Assembly: GCF_009834535.1 (NCBI RefSeq)
Contig: NC_045696.1
Coordinates: forward strand, 11,720,001 to 11,784,000
DNA length: 64,000 nucleotides
Origin: Camelus ferus
Taxonomy: Eukaryota
Direction of reading: 5' to 3'
A program made the position numbers and the translations under genes. Position 1 is the first letter of the stretch. The number at the start of each line of letters is the position of its first letter. Of this stretch, positions 1 to 13,349 are shown in pieces. The notes under the pieces were generated by a model. It had not been told where the DNA came from and ran no database searches. It saw only the letters and a program-made list of their open reading frames with translations.

Positions 1-303
1 GGGATCATGAGTCCCTCCTCTTTGAGATAGGTAGACAAAGCCTGGGTCGGTGCCAGGGCTTGTGTTGCACAGGATTAGAGGACCCGTGAGGTTCATTCCT
101 AGTACTGCCCTCACACCTGCGCATGGGGGTCCCACACTTTAGAGGGCCCTTTTCTGTCCCTGTTCAGTCCACTTCTCCCATGGGGGAAAGAGTGTGGAGC
201 CAAGAAGGTGGTCCCACCCAGAATCTTACCCCTCTTTCTAGAGCAGGGTTAAGGAATTTAAATATGTGATCCTGAATAGCATTATTGTCCTCCTAAATTA
301 AAG

Positions 304-521
304 CAGGGTATCTCAACCTCGGCACTGCTAATATTTGGGGCCAGATACACCTTTTTTGCAGGGGGCTGTCCTGTGCATTGCAGTATATTTAGTATCATCC
401 CCGGCTTCTTACTTCTAGATGCTCTAATCACCCCCCTCGCCGAGCTGTGACAACCAAAATTTCTCCAGACATTGCCAAATGTTCCCTGGGAGGCAAAATT
501 GCCCTCAGTTGAGAACCACTG
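304..521. mobile_element. MER20 (hAT-Charlie non-autonomous DNA transposon)
   Basis: CAGGGTATCTCAAC ... GTTGAGAACCACTG inverted termini; internal sequence matches the recalled MER20 consensus. Confidence 0.85.
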
Positions 522-749
522 TTCAAGAACAAGCATTAAGTATCCAGGACCCTGGCCCTAATAGCCTTCAGTCTGTTTCTAGGACCTGGACAGGCTACTG
601 ATGGACTGTACCACCATGGGTACACACCTAAACTTGACCATAGGCCCCTCTCAGTGCAACCTGGAGCCCTCCATGGGGAAAGAAGGAGGAAAGACCAGGG
701 TGGGGGCATCAGGCTCTCATTCTACTGCCACTTTCCTACAGAGACGTCC

Positions 750-933
750 AAGAATTCCAAATCTGAACCTGCCTTCCAGGTCTTCGTAAAGCTATATTTG
801 TGAAGGCAGGAGGATAAATTACATTTTATTTAGCTGTGTTATTTTGATTTAAAATATTTAAACATACAGCATATGATAGGAGGGCCTCCATTTGTGCCCT
901 TGCCCATGCCCTGTAAATGTTAGGGCGGCCCTG
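750..933 (-). mobile_element. hAT-Tip100 relic, MER115-like end
   Basis: GGGCCTCCATTTGT...CCCTGTAAATGTTAGGGCGGCCCTG resembles the recalled MER115 terminus. Confidence 0.55.
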
Positions 934-1885
934 TTCATTTTGACCTTGAGATTCCATGATCCAATGGCTTTGGGGTGCTCCTGCCCAATAATCTAGTCAT
1001 GGAGTTCATGTGTGTGACCAGAGAACCCAGGCAATTTTGAAAAGTTCAAATCCCATTGAGAGTCATTATCTCCAAGAGATCAAGCGAATCTGAAAGCAGC
1101 CTGAGTTGTCTTGAGCCCAGGAATGAGGCTGGAATCTGATAGTCAGAATTGGGCACAGGTATTCCAGGGAGTCTCTGATTTTGTGGGGAATGATGAGGGC
1201 TGGCGGCTTCAGATCAGACTGCAGCTCATGCAGATGACTAAGCAATTGTCAGTGTGTCATTCTGACCCCTGAGGATGAAAATCAGTCTTTGAGGACCTCT
1301 GTGATTAGGAGGGTAACAAGAAGGTAGACCAGAAGCTCAGTCTTGCATTTCCGTCATTTTCATCTTCTTCTTCCTCTTTTCTTAGAACCCATTCTTCTCT
1401 TCTCTCCTTTATCTCACCTCTCTCTTCCCATAAATCATTTTTCCTTCTGTAATTCCAGGTAATCCCCCTCAACATCTTCATCATTCTCAGTAAATAAGCA
1501 ATTTTCTATTAATCTCCTCCATGTCCAGCATCACAGAGGCGTTATCACCAAGGCCTTTGCTGATGAAAAAGTGTATATTATGCAAATCGTAGGACAGTGT
1601 CAGAACTAGAGGAAATCCAAAAGAAGCAAAGTACAAAAAGAGAGGCTTATTCTAATGCTAAGAAATAAATGCACTAATAACTAGGGAGCAAATTAGAAAC
1701 CGTTAAAGGCAGTTTTAGCTAGTCCTACCAGCAGACATTTAGTGTTAGTAAATCCCTAAAACAGAAAGCTATTACCAGTAAGCACTGTAAGAAGATTATA
1801 TCACAGAATCATGAAGTAGCTGAGGCATTTTTAAAAGTTGGAGAGGAGAAAAAGTATAAAAATAAATTTAGATTGTTAGTAAGCA

Positions 1886-2910
1886 GGACTGAACAGCCTG
1901 CAATTAGAAATTTATGAACTGTAATTGACAGCTGTATATTTAATTATCTTGGCAGTAGCCTATTTCATATGATCTCTGTTTAGCAGTTTCAGCCTGGGCT
2001 CTAGCCCACTCTGGCCCACTCTTTCATCTTGGATAATTCTCTGTAGAGCTCAGCTGTAAATCAAAGATACCTGGGTTTGGTACAGGGGTTATCAACCCTG
2101 ACTGCACCTTAGAATCCACCTGGGAGCTTTTTGAAAACAGTGCTTGGGCCCAAGTATAGTCACATCTTCAAACGGTATGTAATGAAACTGTAAGTGCACA
2201 TTATATTACTGTAAGATACATAAGAAACAACAATGATTTTCACTGGAAAGGGGCTACTTACCTTGTGCTTTCTATCCCACAAGGAAAATAAACCTTTATT
2301 TGGCTACACAAGGATAACCAGGTTTCTGTTACATGTGGTCGAAAGCAATTTCTAACTGACAGAGATGAGAAGCCACCAAAGGAGTTTTAGCAGGAATTGA
2401 CATGATTATGCTCATGTGCAATAAGGACTTCAGTGGGTAGATTGAAAGGGGTGGGGTGAGACTGGAGGCAGAGAGGCCCTTTGGGAGAAGTGATAAGGCC
2501 TTGGCCTGAGGCCATTGCAAGAAAAAAGGGAGCGATAATAGAAAAGGAACCTCCAGTCTCAGGCACTAACTAGACCTGCAGGTTGATGGGCGGAGAAGGC
2601 AAAGGTTTGGGGGCTTGGGTGACGGAAGCGGGGGGGTTGTGCACCTGGGTGCCTGAGGAACCTCGAAGTGCCGAGCTGGAAGCGGCCATTTGGACACAGA
2701 TGTGAACCTCAGGGTCACCCCCCAAGTGTGGACCCTGCCTCAGACTCAACCCCCATGCTATTCAGATTTGTAACAAAAAAGTAGTTACTCACTTCCTTCA
2801 GGGATATCATTCTCTTCGTGATTCTCTACCAATCTGGGTGGGCAGGAAACTGGTGAGATTTAGGCACCAATTATATTATCTCAAGTTCACCTGGTTTAAA
2901 CAATCTCTTT
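1886..2910 (+). pseudogene. LRR fossil segment 1 (first recognisable repeats)
   Basis: From 1886: GLNSLQLEIYEL*LTAVYL. From 2784: VTHFLQGYHSLRDSLPIWVGRKLVRFRHQLYYLKF. Interrupted by MER5A-like and L2-like pieces. Confidence 0.75.
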
Positions 2911-3451
2911 AAAGCGGTGATTCTCAGACGTTAATATACCTTAGAATCAGCTGGAAGACTTGTTAATACACAAATTGCTGGTCCCCACCTCCAGAGGTTT
3001 TTTCTTTAAAAAATAAAAACAGCTTTAATAATATATAATTTATGTATGATAGAAATTTCACGCATTGTAAGTGTACACTTCAGTTATATTTTTAGTAAAT
3101 TTATGTAGTTGGCAACCATTACCAAAATGCAGTTTTAAAACATTCAAACCAGCCCAGCAAGTTTCTTCATGCTGGTTTTTGCTTAATCTCTCTCCTACTC
3201 CAAGCACTAGGCGACAATTGGCCTGCTTTTTTCTCTATGAACTAGCTTTTTATGGACATTTCTTGTAAAGAGAGTCATACGGTATGTAGTCTTGCATCTG
3301 GTTTCTTTCACTTAGCATAATGTTTCAGAGCTTAATTTTGTTGTAGTAGATAATGGCAGTTTTCTCCTTTTTATGTCTAAAAAGCATTCCGTTGCATGGA
3401 CCATACCATAAATTGTTTTTCCAATCACAAGTTGTGGTGGACATTTGGATT

Positions 3452-3874
3452 TGTTATGGGTTGAATTGCGTCCCCTCCAAAATTCTTATGTTGAAGTCCT
3501 AACCATCCCCCTCACAAAGTGACCTTGTTTGGAAATACTATTTCCAAAGGTGAGACACTGGAGTAGGATGGACCCCTTATCCAATACGACTAGTGTTCTT
3601 ACAAAAAGAGGAAATTTGGACACAGGCAGGCAGATAGGGAGAACGCCACGTGGAGATGCAGGTAGAGATCGGGGTGATGCTTCTACAAGCCAAGGACCAC
3701 CACACACTGCCAGCAGAGCCCAAGATGGGAGGGGCGAGGGACAAACTCTCCCTCCAAGCCTCAGAAGGGACCAACCCTGCTGACACATTGGTCTCAGATT
3801 TCTAACCACCAGAACTATGAGCCAGTTTCTGAATTTAAGCCACTATGTTAGATTAGCCCTCACAGACAAATACA
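3452..3874 (+). mobile_element. MLT1A/B-type MaLR solo LTR
   Basis: TGTTATGGGTTGAATTG ... AAATACA with 5-bp TSD GGATT (3447-3451 and 3875-3879). Confidence 0.85.
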
Positions 3875-4083
3875 GGATTATGTCTGGGTTTTGACTGTTA
3901 CAAATAATGCTGCCAAGAATATTGGTATTCATGTCTGTGTGGACATATGCTTTCATTTCTCTTTGGTTTGCTAGGTTTTTTTGTTTTTTGTTTTTTTATA
4001 ATATCTGGGGTTTTTTTTAGTATTCCTCATAATTTTCTTTTCTTTCTTTCTTTCTTTTTCTTTTTTTTTTTCTGTTGTTGTTG

Positions 4084-4199
4084 AGGGGGGAGGTAATTAG
4101 GTTTATTTATTTATTTATTTAGAGGAGGTACTGGGAATTGAACCGAGGACCTTGTGCATGCTAGGCATGTGCTCTACCACTTGAGCGATATCCTCCCCC
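4084..4199 (-). mobile_element. Camelid tRNA-derived SINE (Vic-1 type)
   Basis: Reverse complement has a tRNA-like A/B-box head, A-rich linker and CCTAATTACCTCCCCC tail. Confidence 0.85.
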
Positions 4200-5818
4200 T
4201 TGGTTTTTTGTTTTTTTTAAAGAACTGCCAAACAATATTTCAAAGTGGCTACATCATTTTGCATTCCCATCAGCAACACAAAGGTTCCACTTTCTCCACA
4301 TCCTTGCCGACACTTGCTATTCTCTCTCTTTTTTAATTACAGCCATTTCAGTGAGTGTGTGGTGGGATTTTCATTGTAGTTTTCATTTGCATTTCCCTAG
4401 TGACTAATGATGTTGAGTATCTTTTCATGTGCTTATTGGCTATTTATGTATCTTCTTTGATGAAGTGTCTATGCAAGTCTTCCCCCATTTTTGGTCTTAT
4501 AACACTGGCTGGAATCTCCAGTGCAATGCTAACTAAAAGTGGAAAGAGCTGAGATCTTTGGGCTGTTCCCAACAGTTTAGGGAAGCAGTCAGTCTTTTAC
4601 CATTAAGTATGACGTTAGCTGTAGGTTTTTCATAGATGCCCTTTATTCAGCTTGAGGAAGTTCCCAGCTATTCCTAGTTTGCTGAGTTTTTGACCTGAAA
4701 GGGCATTCGCTTTTGTCAAATGGTGTTTCTGCATCTATTAAGATGATCATGTGGTTTTTGTCCTTTGTTCTATTAATATAGTGTATTACGTTGTTAGTTT
4801 CGGATGTTTAACCGGTCATGTATTCCTGTAATAAATCCCATTTGAACAGAGTATATAATCCTTTCTATATGTTGACAAATTTGATTTGTTAATATTTATC
4901 AGGGGATATTGTTCTATAATTTTATTTTCTTGTGATGTCTTTATTTGATATCAGGATAGTACTGCTGTCACTGAATGAGTTGAGAAGCATTTCCTCCTCA
5001 TCTATTTTCTGAAAACGTTTGTGAAGAATGAGTGCTATCTGTCTTTAAAGATTTTTATAGAATTCACCAGCAAAGCTCAAGCTTTTTATTTGTGAGAAGA
5101 AGATTAATTACTAATTCAATTCCTTATTAGAAGTCATGTCAAATATTCTGTTTCTTCTTGAGTTATTTTTGATAATTTATGTCTGCTAAGGAATCTGCCT
5201 ACTTCATCTAAATTGTCTAGTTTGTTGGTATAGGGTTTTTCCTAGTATTTTCTTATAAACTTTAAATGTCTATAGAATTGGTAGTAGCACCCCCCTGTTT
5301 CATTCCTGATTTTGGTAATCTGTGTGCTGCTCTTGTTTTGTTGGTCAGTCTAACTAAGCCACTGTCAATTTTGTTAACTTGTCAATTTTGTTAACTTCAA
5401 AGAACCAACTTTTGGCTTTATTGATTTTCTCTATTGTCCTTCTATTTTCTATTTCACTGTTTCCAATTTGATCTTTATCATGTCTTTTCTTCTGCTTGTC
5501 TTGGGTTTATTTTGCTTTTCTTTTGTCTAGTTTCTTAAGGTGGAAGCATAGTTTACTGATTTGAGATCTTCTTTTCTAGTGTAGGTATTTAAAACTATAA
5601 ATTTCTTTCTAAGCATTGTATTAGCTATATCCATAACATGATATGTTACATTTTAATTTTAATTTAGTTTGAAATATTCTCTAATTTCTCTCATGATTTC
5701 TTTTTTCTCCTATGCATTCCTTAAAAGTGCAGTGCTCAACTTACCGATATTTAGGGATTCCCCAAATTTCCTTCTGTTGTTGATTTCTAATTTAATTCTA
5801 TGGTGAATTAAAAGAATG

Positions 5819-6282
5819 TGTTGCCGAAAAATCAGCCTCCTTACTCTGAAAAGTGAATTCAAACTCAGAGGCAGAGTTTTGGAAGCAAGGAAAAGAGCAG
5901 CTTTACTGCTTTGCTGGGCAAAGGGGAGTCACAGGAGACTAATGCCTTAGTGACGGTGAATCCATCCTGGGGTTGGGGTCTTGAGATTTTATAGAAAAAC
6001 TGGATGGAAAAGAAAAGGTGACAATCAGGGTGTTTTACAGGGTGTTGCATTCTCTTCATCTTGACAAAAACTTGCTGTTGTTATGGAGGAACTTAGGAAA
6101 GTCTGCCCATTTTCTTGAGGTTCGTCCATGACCTTCTCTCAAGACCTTTAGGGTAAAAAGGATTAAGTTATTCTAAGAAAAGTGTGCGCAGGGAGGGGAG
6201 CCTGTTGGTCATAAGATCAGTTTAGCTGAAAGTATGGGCCTGAATAACTCAATAGCCATCTTGTTAGTTTTCTACTCTTTCA
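5819..6282 (-). mobile_element. ERV1-type solo LTR inserted in L1
   Basis: TG...CA termini (minus strand starts TGAAAG); 4-bp TSD AATG at 5815-5818 and 6283-6286; L1 sequence resumes on both sides. Confidence 0.85.
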
Positions 6283-6869
6283 AATGTCCTTTGTCTGATT
6301 TCATTCCTTTTAAATGTATTAAGACTTGCTTTATGGCGTAGCATTTGACCTGTTCTGGAGAATGTTCCATTTGCTCTTGAGATGAATGAGTCTTCTGCAG
6401 TTGTTTGGGTGAAGCATTCTACATATATTATTAGGCTGCATAGATGGATAGTGTTTTTTAAGTCCTCTGTACCTTTGCTGATTTTCTGTCTAGTTTGTCT
6501 ATCAATCACTGAGAGTGGGATAGTGAAATCTCCAACTTCTGTTACTGCATTGCCTACATTTCTTTTTAATTCTGTCTATTTTGTTTCATGTTTTTGAGGC
6601 TCTGGTAGTAGAGGCATATACATTTATAATTGTTATACATTCCTGATATAGTGGCCTTTTATCATTTTGGAACACACCTTTTTGTTTCCAGTAATATTTC
6701 TTATCTTAACATTTATTTTAGCTAACAGCCATATAGCTACTCCAGCTCTCTTATGGTAACTGTTGTCATGGCGTATCTTTTCTCATCTTTTTACTTTCAA
6801 CCTATTTATGTCTCTGAATCTAAGGTGTTCTCCTGCCGACAGCATATAGTTAAATCATGTCCTTGTTGT

Positions 6870-7152
6870 TGATATATTTTATATATGGCAGTGTATATTT
6901 GTTAATCCTAAACTCCTAATTTCTCTTTTCCCCCTTCCCTTTGATAACCTTAAGTTTGTTTTCTATGTTTGAGTCTGTTTCTATTTTGTAAAGAAATTCA
7001 TTTGTATCATTTTTTTAGATTCCATGTGTTAAGTGATATCATACAGTATTTGTCTTTCTCTGACTTACTTCACTTAATATGATAATCTCTAGGTCCATCC
7101 ATATTGCTGCAAATGGCACAATTTCATTCTTATTTATAGCTGAGTAATATTC

Positions 7153-7197
<45 letters not shown>

Positions 7198-7450
7198 CAA
7201 CTTCTTTATCCAGTCATCTATTGATGGACATTTAGGTTGTCTCCAGATCTTGGCTGTGTGAATAGTGCTGCTATGAATGTTGGGTGCATATATCTTTTTG
7301 AATTAGAGTTTTCTCTGGACATATGCCCAGGAGTGGGATTGCTGGATCATATGGTAAGTCTGTTTCTACTTTTTTTAAGGAGCAGTACTCCATACTGTTC
7401 TCCATAGTGGCTGCACCAATTTACATTCCCACCAACAGTGTAGGAAGGTT
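6870..7450 (-). mobile_element. Younger L1 3' fragment with (TG)n
   Basis: Similar to copies at 19772-20310 and 29195-30040; (TG)n at about 7155-7194. Confidence 0.85.
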
Positions 7451-7558
7451 CTTTAATATTTTAAAATTTATTTTATTAGTGGTTGCTCTGTAGATTGCAA
7501 CTTATCAAAATCCAGTTGAGATTAATACTAATTTAATTCTGATAAAATACAGAAACTT

Positions 7559-7708
7559 GGGGGTAGGGTATAGCTCAGTGGCAGAGTGCATGCCTATCAT
7601 GTACGACGTCTTGGGTTCAATTCTCCAGTACCTACATTAAAAAACAAACAAACAAACAAACAAGCCTAATTAACTCCCTCCCCCAAATTAAAAAAAATAT
7701 ATATATAT
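7559..7708 (+). mobile_element. Camelid tRNA-derived SINE
   Basis: GGGTATAGCTCAGTGG...GGTTCAATT head; TSD AGAAACTT at 7551-7558 and 7709-7716. Confidence 0.85.
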
Positions 7709-8019
7709 AGAAACTTTGCTCCAGTGTAACTCCATTCTCTCCCCTCACCTTTGTATTATTATAGTTACATGTATTACATTTGTATGTGGTATAAATGCAA
7801 CAGTACAGTGTTATGATTATTGTTTTACACAATCTTATGTCTTTTAAAGAAATCAGGAGAAGAAATCAGGAAAATACATTTATAAAGTCTTTTATATTAA
7901 CTCACATATTTACCATTTCCAGTGCTTTTTATTTCTTCCTGTGCACTCAAGTGTGATCTGATGTCACTTCCTTTCAGTCTGAAGGACTTAAAAGCAGGGC
8001 TGTCGTCACTTCCATTAAC

Positions 8020-8334
8020 TTTGTATGCTAACAAGTGGGAGGATTATTCCAACTACTTTGGGGAAAGGGCTGGGATTCCCAGGAATTGGGCCACCACCCA
8101 CTTTTTGACCTTTTACGGTCAGCCTCGGAACTGTCATGGCGCCTGTGGGAGTGCCATTTAGCATGCTAATACATTACAGTGAGTGTATAATGAAGCTCAA
8201 GGTCTACTGGAAGTCAGATCTCCCACTATCTTGGCTCTTAAGGCCTCCTGGGAGATGAATCTCCCACCATTTTGGTGTTAATTGCTGTGTCATTCCTTGA
8301 ATGGCTGTGCCCTGCCCCCTTCCTTCATGTCTCA
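8020..8334 (-). mobile_element. Truncated ERV1-type LTR (TGAGACA family)
   Basis: Reverse-complement similarity to 32741-33277; ends ...TGTCTCA. Confidence 0.8.
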
Positions 8335-8519
8335 TTTCCACACTCCCTGTTCTACTTTTGTATTCACAAGCACCTGTTGGGAGGCCAGGCAGGTATCATG
8401 ATCCCCATGAGAATTAAGACTCAGGGAGGTGATCACACTCTAGAAACAGGCAAAACCCCAGATTGAACTCAGATACTCTGGATTCCAGGCCAGCACTCTT
8501 TGAACCATACCATGGAATC

Positions 8520-9410
8520 TGTTTTAAAGTCTAAAATGACACCTTATCCTTCTTCTGACCTGTTATTCTAATTTGGCATATTAAGCACGATTAACATAAC
8601 TAAACATCATAAGACTCCCAAGTGTCTGATTCAAACAAAATGCAAGCTAATTACCTCAGGTCTCCAGAGTATGTTTGGTTTTCTGTTTCTAAAAGTAACA
8701 ATAATTTTCCTTCATATGTCTCTTGATGAGGAATTTTTCCCCCTTACAATTTTCTTACAAATGTGCTTCAAGTTAACCGTTTAGTGCCTTATAGAACAAG
8801 GTTCAGAATCACATAGATTCTAGAAGTGATCTTTTTATTACACTTGACAATGAACAGGTCTTTAAATGTATAGCAGTCCTGTTGCATATGCATTTGTTGT
8901 TTGTGAATTGGCGTGGAATGTTTTTCTTCTTGTGAAGCTCTTCATTTGCATGGGATTAAAAACTCTGAATTGGTTTGAAGTGAGAAATTTAGTCCAGTTT
9001 TACTAAGGAAGACAAGTCAAACCAGTTTGGCTGGGTGAAAAAGTTGTTTTCTTTTGTTTTGTTGTATTAAGAGCCAGTTATTTTACCAGGAAAATGAGTT
9101 TATTTGGGAAGAGTAGAGGAATTACAATTCACAACAAGCAAACTATGGTGAACCATCCTGAAAAAGTGGTTCTTAATAAGTTGGTTTGAGAGTGAATATA
9201 GAATGTGGGGTTTTTTTGTTGTTTGTTTTTAAGATGAGAAATGTTCCAGAAATATAAATAAACTGAAGTTTTCAAAGAGCAAATCATTTTTTAAAATGTT
9301 CAGGGAAGTCTGATCATGACAAAATGTGTTTGAGATTGAAAGGAGGCTTCTCCTCTAATTATTCGTGTGCACATTAATAGTGAAAACACCGTTATTAACC
9401 AGGAGCTCTT
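8520..9410 (+). pseudogene. LRR fossil segment
   Basis: From 8701: IIFLHMSLDEEFFPLTIFLQMCFKLTV*. Same frame from 8908: LAWNVFLLVKLFICMGLKTLNWF. Confidence 0.75.
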
Positions 9411-9486
9411 GTGTGGAGTGTTGATTCTTCTATCTGGTGTTCTTGGATCTCAGTTCCTTATCCTGCAAAATGAGCGGTTGACAAGA

Positions 9487-9998
9487 TGTATAAGTTCCTA
9501 TTACTATTGTAATGTATTACCACAAACTTGGTGGTTTAAAACAACACAGATATATTCTCTTACATTTCTGGAGATCAAGAGTCTGATGGGGGTCTCACTG
9601 AGCTAAAATCATGGTATAGGCAGATCCATGTTCCTTTTTGGAGTCTCTTGAGATGAATCCATTTCTTTGCCTTCTCCAGTACCTAGAGGCTGCCTGCATT
9701 CCTTGGCTGAAGACTACTTCCTCCATTTTCAAAGCCAAAGCCAGCGATAGCCAGTTGAGTCTTTTCTCCCATTGCATCCCTTTGACCCTGACTTTTCTGC
9801 CTCCCTCTCCCTCTTTTAAGGATCTTTGTAATTACATTGATCCAGCCCATCCAGAATCATCTTTTTATTTTAAGGACAGCTGATTAACAACCTAAATTCC
9901 ATCTGTGACCTTAATTCTTCTTTGCCACGTAACCTAACATCGATACAGGTTCTGGGAATTAGGATGTGGACATGTTTGGGAGACATTATTCTGCCTAT
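9487..9998 (-). mobile_element. MLT1D-like MaLR LTR
   Basis: Typical MLT1 antisense motifs (ACCACAAACTTGGTGGTTTAAAACAACA...GGACATGTTTGGGAGACATTATTCTGCCTA). Confidence 0.75.
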
Positions 9999-10290
9999 GA
10001 TATTAGGCAGTCTCTGAGATCTTTCCAATTCAAAATTTTGTGATAAAGAATCAACATAATTGCCCTCTATTATTTTGGTTTTAAAGTGCAATATGTGAAA
10101 CCCAAACAACTAAATTATAGGGAAAGAAATAAAATGATATTTTCATTTGTGGTTTAAATTTTATTTTATTTTTATAAAAGGAATTATATCTGTGTAGTTC
10201 AAAAACCAAAACATAGTAAGAAATAGATTGGGGGTCTTGACTCATCCCTAGTCATGTGTATGTACCATTATTTGTTGAATCAACCTCCAC

Positions 10291-10740
10291 TGTATTACTT
10301 TCCTAGAGCTGCCATGACAAATGATAATTAACTGCATAGGTTAAAATAACAGAAATGTATTTTCCCACAGTTCTGGAGGGCAGAGGTCCAAAATCAAGGT
10401 GTCGACAGAGTGTTGATCCCTCTGAAGGCTCTAAGGAAGAATTCTTCCTTGCCTCTTGTAGCTTCTGGTAGCTACAGGCATACCTTGGCTTGTGGCCCCA
10501 TCACTCCAATCTCTGCCTCCATGGTGGCATGGCCTTCTTTCCTGTGTGCATGTCTGTGTGCCCTCTCCTCTTCTTCTAAGGACACGAGTCATTGCATTTA
10601 GGGTCCACCCAAATCCAGTATGACCTCGTCTTAACTAATAATATCTACAAAGATCCTATTTCCAAATAAGGTCACGTTCATAGGTGCTAATGGTTAGGAC
10701 TTGACCTTATCTTTTGGGGGACATAATTCAACCCATTACA
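10291..10740 (-). mobile_element. MLT1C-like MaLR LTR
   Basis: TGTATTACTTTCCTAG ... CAACCCATTACA. Confidence 0.75.
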
Positions 10741-11099
10741 CTATGGACGGACATGTGGCTGTTTTCAGTTATTTGCTATTAGAACAGATGCTGCATGGTT
10801 TCTTACAGACCTGTGCATATACTCCCATGGACTTGTGAAATGCCTCTGAAATACAAATTCCTAAAAGTATACATGTTGAGTCATAGGTTTCTGCCAAATT
10901 GTGCTTCAAAAGGCTGCACTTATTTCCATTCCCATCCTCAATGTTTATCTCCCTACAGCTTCACCAAACCCCCATAATACCAGTCTGTCTATCTGCCAGT
11001 CTGAGAGGTGAAAAATAAACCTCATTTTTCATTTCCACTTCTTCGATTACTCATCAGATGAGCACACTTTCGTGTCTTTATTGAATTTGTAAGTATGTG

Positions 11100-11600
11100 A
11101 ATTGTTGGTTGTCTCCCAGTCCCTCCTGAGCTCCTGGTCTATTTTTAAATTTGATCCATTTAAGACACTTTAAGTCCTTATTTTTTTTAGGTCACTGTTT
11201 TTCCTTTGATCTTTCACTTGAATGGAACTTGATCTTTTACGTAAACCTAAGACCAGAGACTGTGTGAAAGTACATATCTATAGCAGAGGAGTGTTAGCTT
11301 CTCACTGTTGAATTTCTATGAGGCAGCTGTGATGTGAGTTTGGAAAGTACTGAATAAGCCTCTGGTATCTGCAGTGGGTGCAATTTCTGTACAGAGAGAG
11401 CAGTTTTATCAGAAATGAGATATGATTGAAAGTATGTCAGTGAGTGGGACTTTATATAAATCTGTGGGAAGGTAAAATCCCTTTTTCTCTTTTTTTAAAT
11501 GATGGGGCTTCAGTTAGGTTATCAAATTGGTGGTAACCATCCAACAGACTGCATGTCCATCCTGGCTTTCTCTTCCCAACATACAGTCATTCAGTTTGTA
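11100..11600 (+). pseudogene. LRR fossil segment
   Basis: From 11151: LIHLRHFKSLFFLGHCFSFDLSLEWNLIFYV; a VPPELL motif lies just upstream. Confidence 0.7.
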
Positions 11601-11609
11601 ATTAAGAAA

Positions 11610-12205
11610 AGTGAGGAGGGCAACTCCAAAAAGAACTGAAAGCAAGGCATGATCAGGTCGGGTATTTGTACACCCGTGTTCATAGCAGCATTATTCACAA
11701 CAGCCAAAAGGTGGACGCAACCCACAGACAGATGAACTGATAAAAGAATTGTGGTCTATCCATAAAATGGCATATTATTCAGCCTTGAAAAGGAAAGAAA
11801 TTCTGACCCGGGCTTCAACACGTGAACCTTGAGGACATCGTGCTGTACTTTTGAGTTAGACACAAAAGGACAAATACTGCTTGATTTCACTTATTTTGGT
11901 ACCTAGAGCAGTCAGATCCATAGACACTGAAAGTAGAAAGGTGGTTGCCAGGGACTGGAAGGAGGAGGGAGAGGGAAGCTGTTGTTTAATGGGGACAGAG
12001 TGTCAGTTTTACAAGGTGGGAAGAGTTCTGGAGGTGGATGGTGGTGATGGTTGCCCAATAACGTGAATGTACCAAATGCCACTGAACTGGACACTTAAAA
12101 ATGGTTAAGATGATAAATTCTATGTGTATTTTACCAAAATTAAAAATTAAAAAATTTTAAAATGTAACATTTATGTTAGATATATTTTACCACAATTAAA
12201 ATAAA
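11610..12205 (+). mobile_element. L1MB-like 3' end
   Basis: ORF2 C-terminal relic followed by 3' UTR motifs (GATGGTGGTGATGGTTG, GCCACTGAACTG) and an A-rich tail. Confidence 0.8.
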
Positions 12206-12229
12206 GGAAAGAAGGAAGGAAGGGAGGAT

Positions 12230-12720
12230 GAAGAGGGGCTGCTTATGCCTTGTTTCGCAGCAGGTAACTCCTAACACATGGGGCAGCCCCAGGACAGTGG
12301 GCCCTGTCACTGGTTTCTGCTCACGTTCCTTTATCCCCAGGCTCCACCTCCAACCCGCGGGCTGTAAGATGTCATCCTAGAAATCAGAAATGGCTCCTTG
12401 TTTAGAACTGGCAGTGTGGAACACTGCTTAAGTATGAAAATTAGGTAGTTCATCGGGATTCCTGTGTCGGGAAACCTGTCTTTGTTGAAGAAAGGCATAG
12501 TGTAACAGCCTTTGGGAATCCTTTGCCCATGGAAGAGGCCTCAGTGGTGGACACAAAGCCCTTGCCTTGTAGGTCATTTAAGGAAGGAGGGATTTTCGCA
12601 CCCCAACATGAGGCTGTTTAGATTGTAGTTAAGAATAGGGAGGTAGGGTATGTTTTTGCCTTGGTTCTTACACTGGGCACTTATCCACCCACCCCTTCCC
12701 AGCTCTTCACCTCCAAGAAA
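12230..12720 (+). pseudogene. LRR fossil segment
   Basis: From 12449: FIGIPVSGNLSLLKKGIV*QPLGIL. Confidence 0.7.
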
Positions 12721-12734
12721 AAAAAAAGTTGTGT

Positions 12735-13185
12735 TTTTTTTTAATTGAAGCATAGTCAGTTTACAATGTTGTGTCAATTTCTGGTGTACAGCATAATGTC
12801 TCAGTCATACATGTACATACATATATTCATTTTCATATTCTTTTTCTTTGTAGGTTATGACAAGATACTAAATATAGTTCCCTGTGCTATACAGAAGAAA
12901 CTTGTTGTTTATCTATTTTATATATAGTAGTGTGTGTCTGCAAATCTCAAACTCCCAATTTATCCCTTAAGAGTTACTCATCCTTTTTTTTTTTGTATTT
13001 TTAAAAATTGAAGCATAGTTAATTTACAGTGTTGTGTCAATTTCTGGTGTACAGCACAATGCTTCAGTCATGCATGAATATACATATATTCCTTTTCATA
13101 TTTTTTCAGCATAAGCTACTACAGGATATTGAATATAGTTCCCTGTGCCATACAGTATAAACTTGTTTATTTATTTTATATATAC
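12735..13185 (-). mobile_element. Two adjacent short L1 3' ends
   Basis: Two copies beginning TTGAAGCATAGT at about 12745 and 13008. Confidence 0.8.
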
Positions 13186-13349
13186 CAGTCAAGTTGCTCA
13201 TTCTTATAATTTACTTACCATATTTATTTTTCACCTTGCTCCGCACGTTGGTATGTACTCTCTCGAGGACAGAGACTTTTGTCTGTTTAACCCACTGATG
13301 TGTCCCAGATGTCTAGATCAGTGTCCAGCAGCCGTAAGCATTTGAGAAT

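Larger units (their letters stand above)
3015..7990 (-). mobile_element. Old L1 (L1MB-like), 3' UTR through ORF2 endonuclease region, carrying several nested insertions
   Basis: ORF 6264-6509(-) IDRQTRQKISKGTEDLKNTI...GTFSRTGQMLRHKASLNTFK matches L1 ORF2 endonuclease; typical antisense T-rich L1 sequence; L1 3' UTR at 3015-3450. Confidence 0.85.

Noticed and set aside
8944..8951. Octamer motif ATTTGCAT
   Set aside because: Short motif expected by chance; lies within LRR codons (F-I-C-M).
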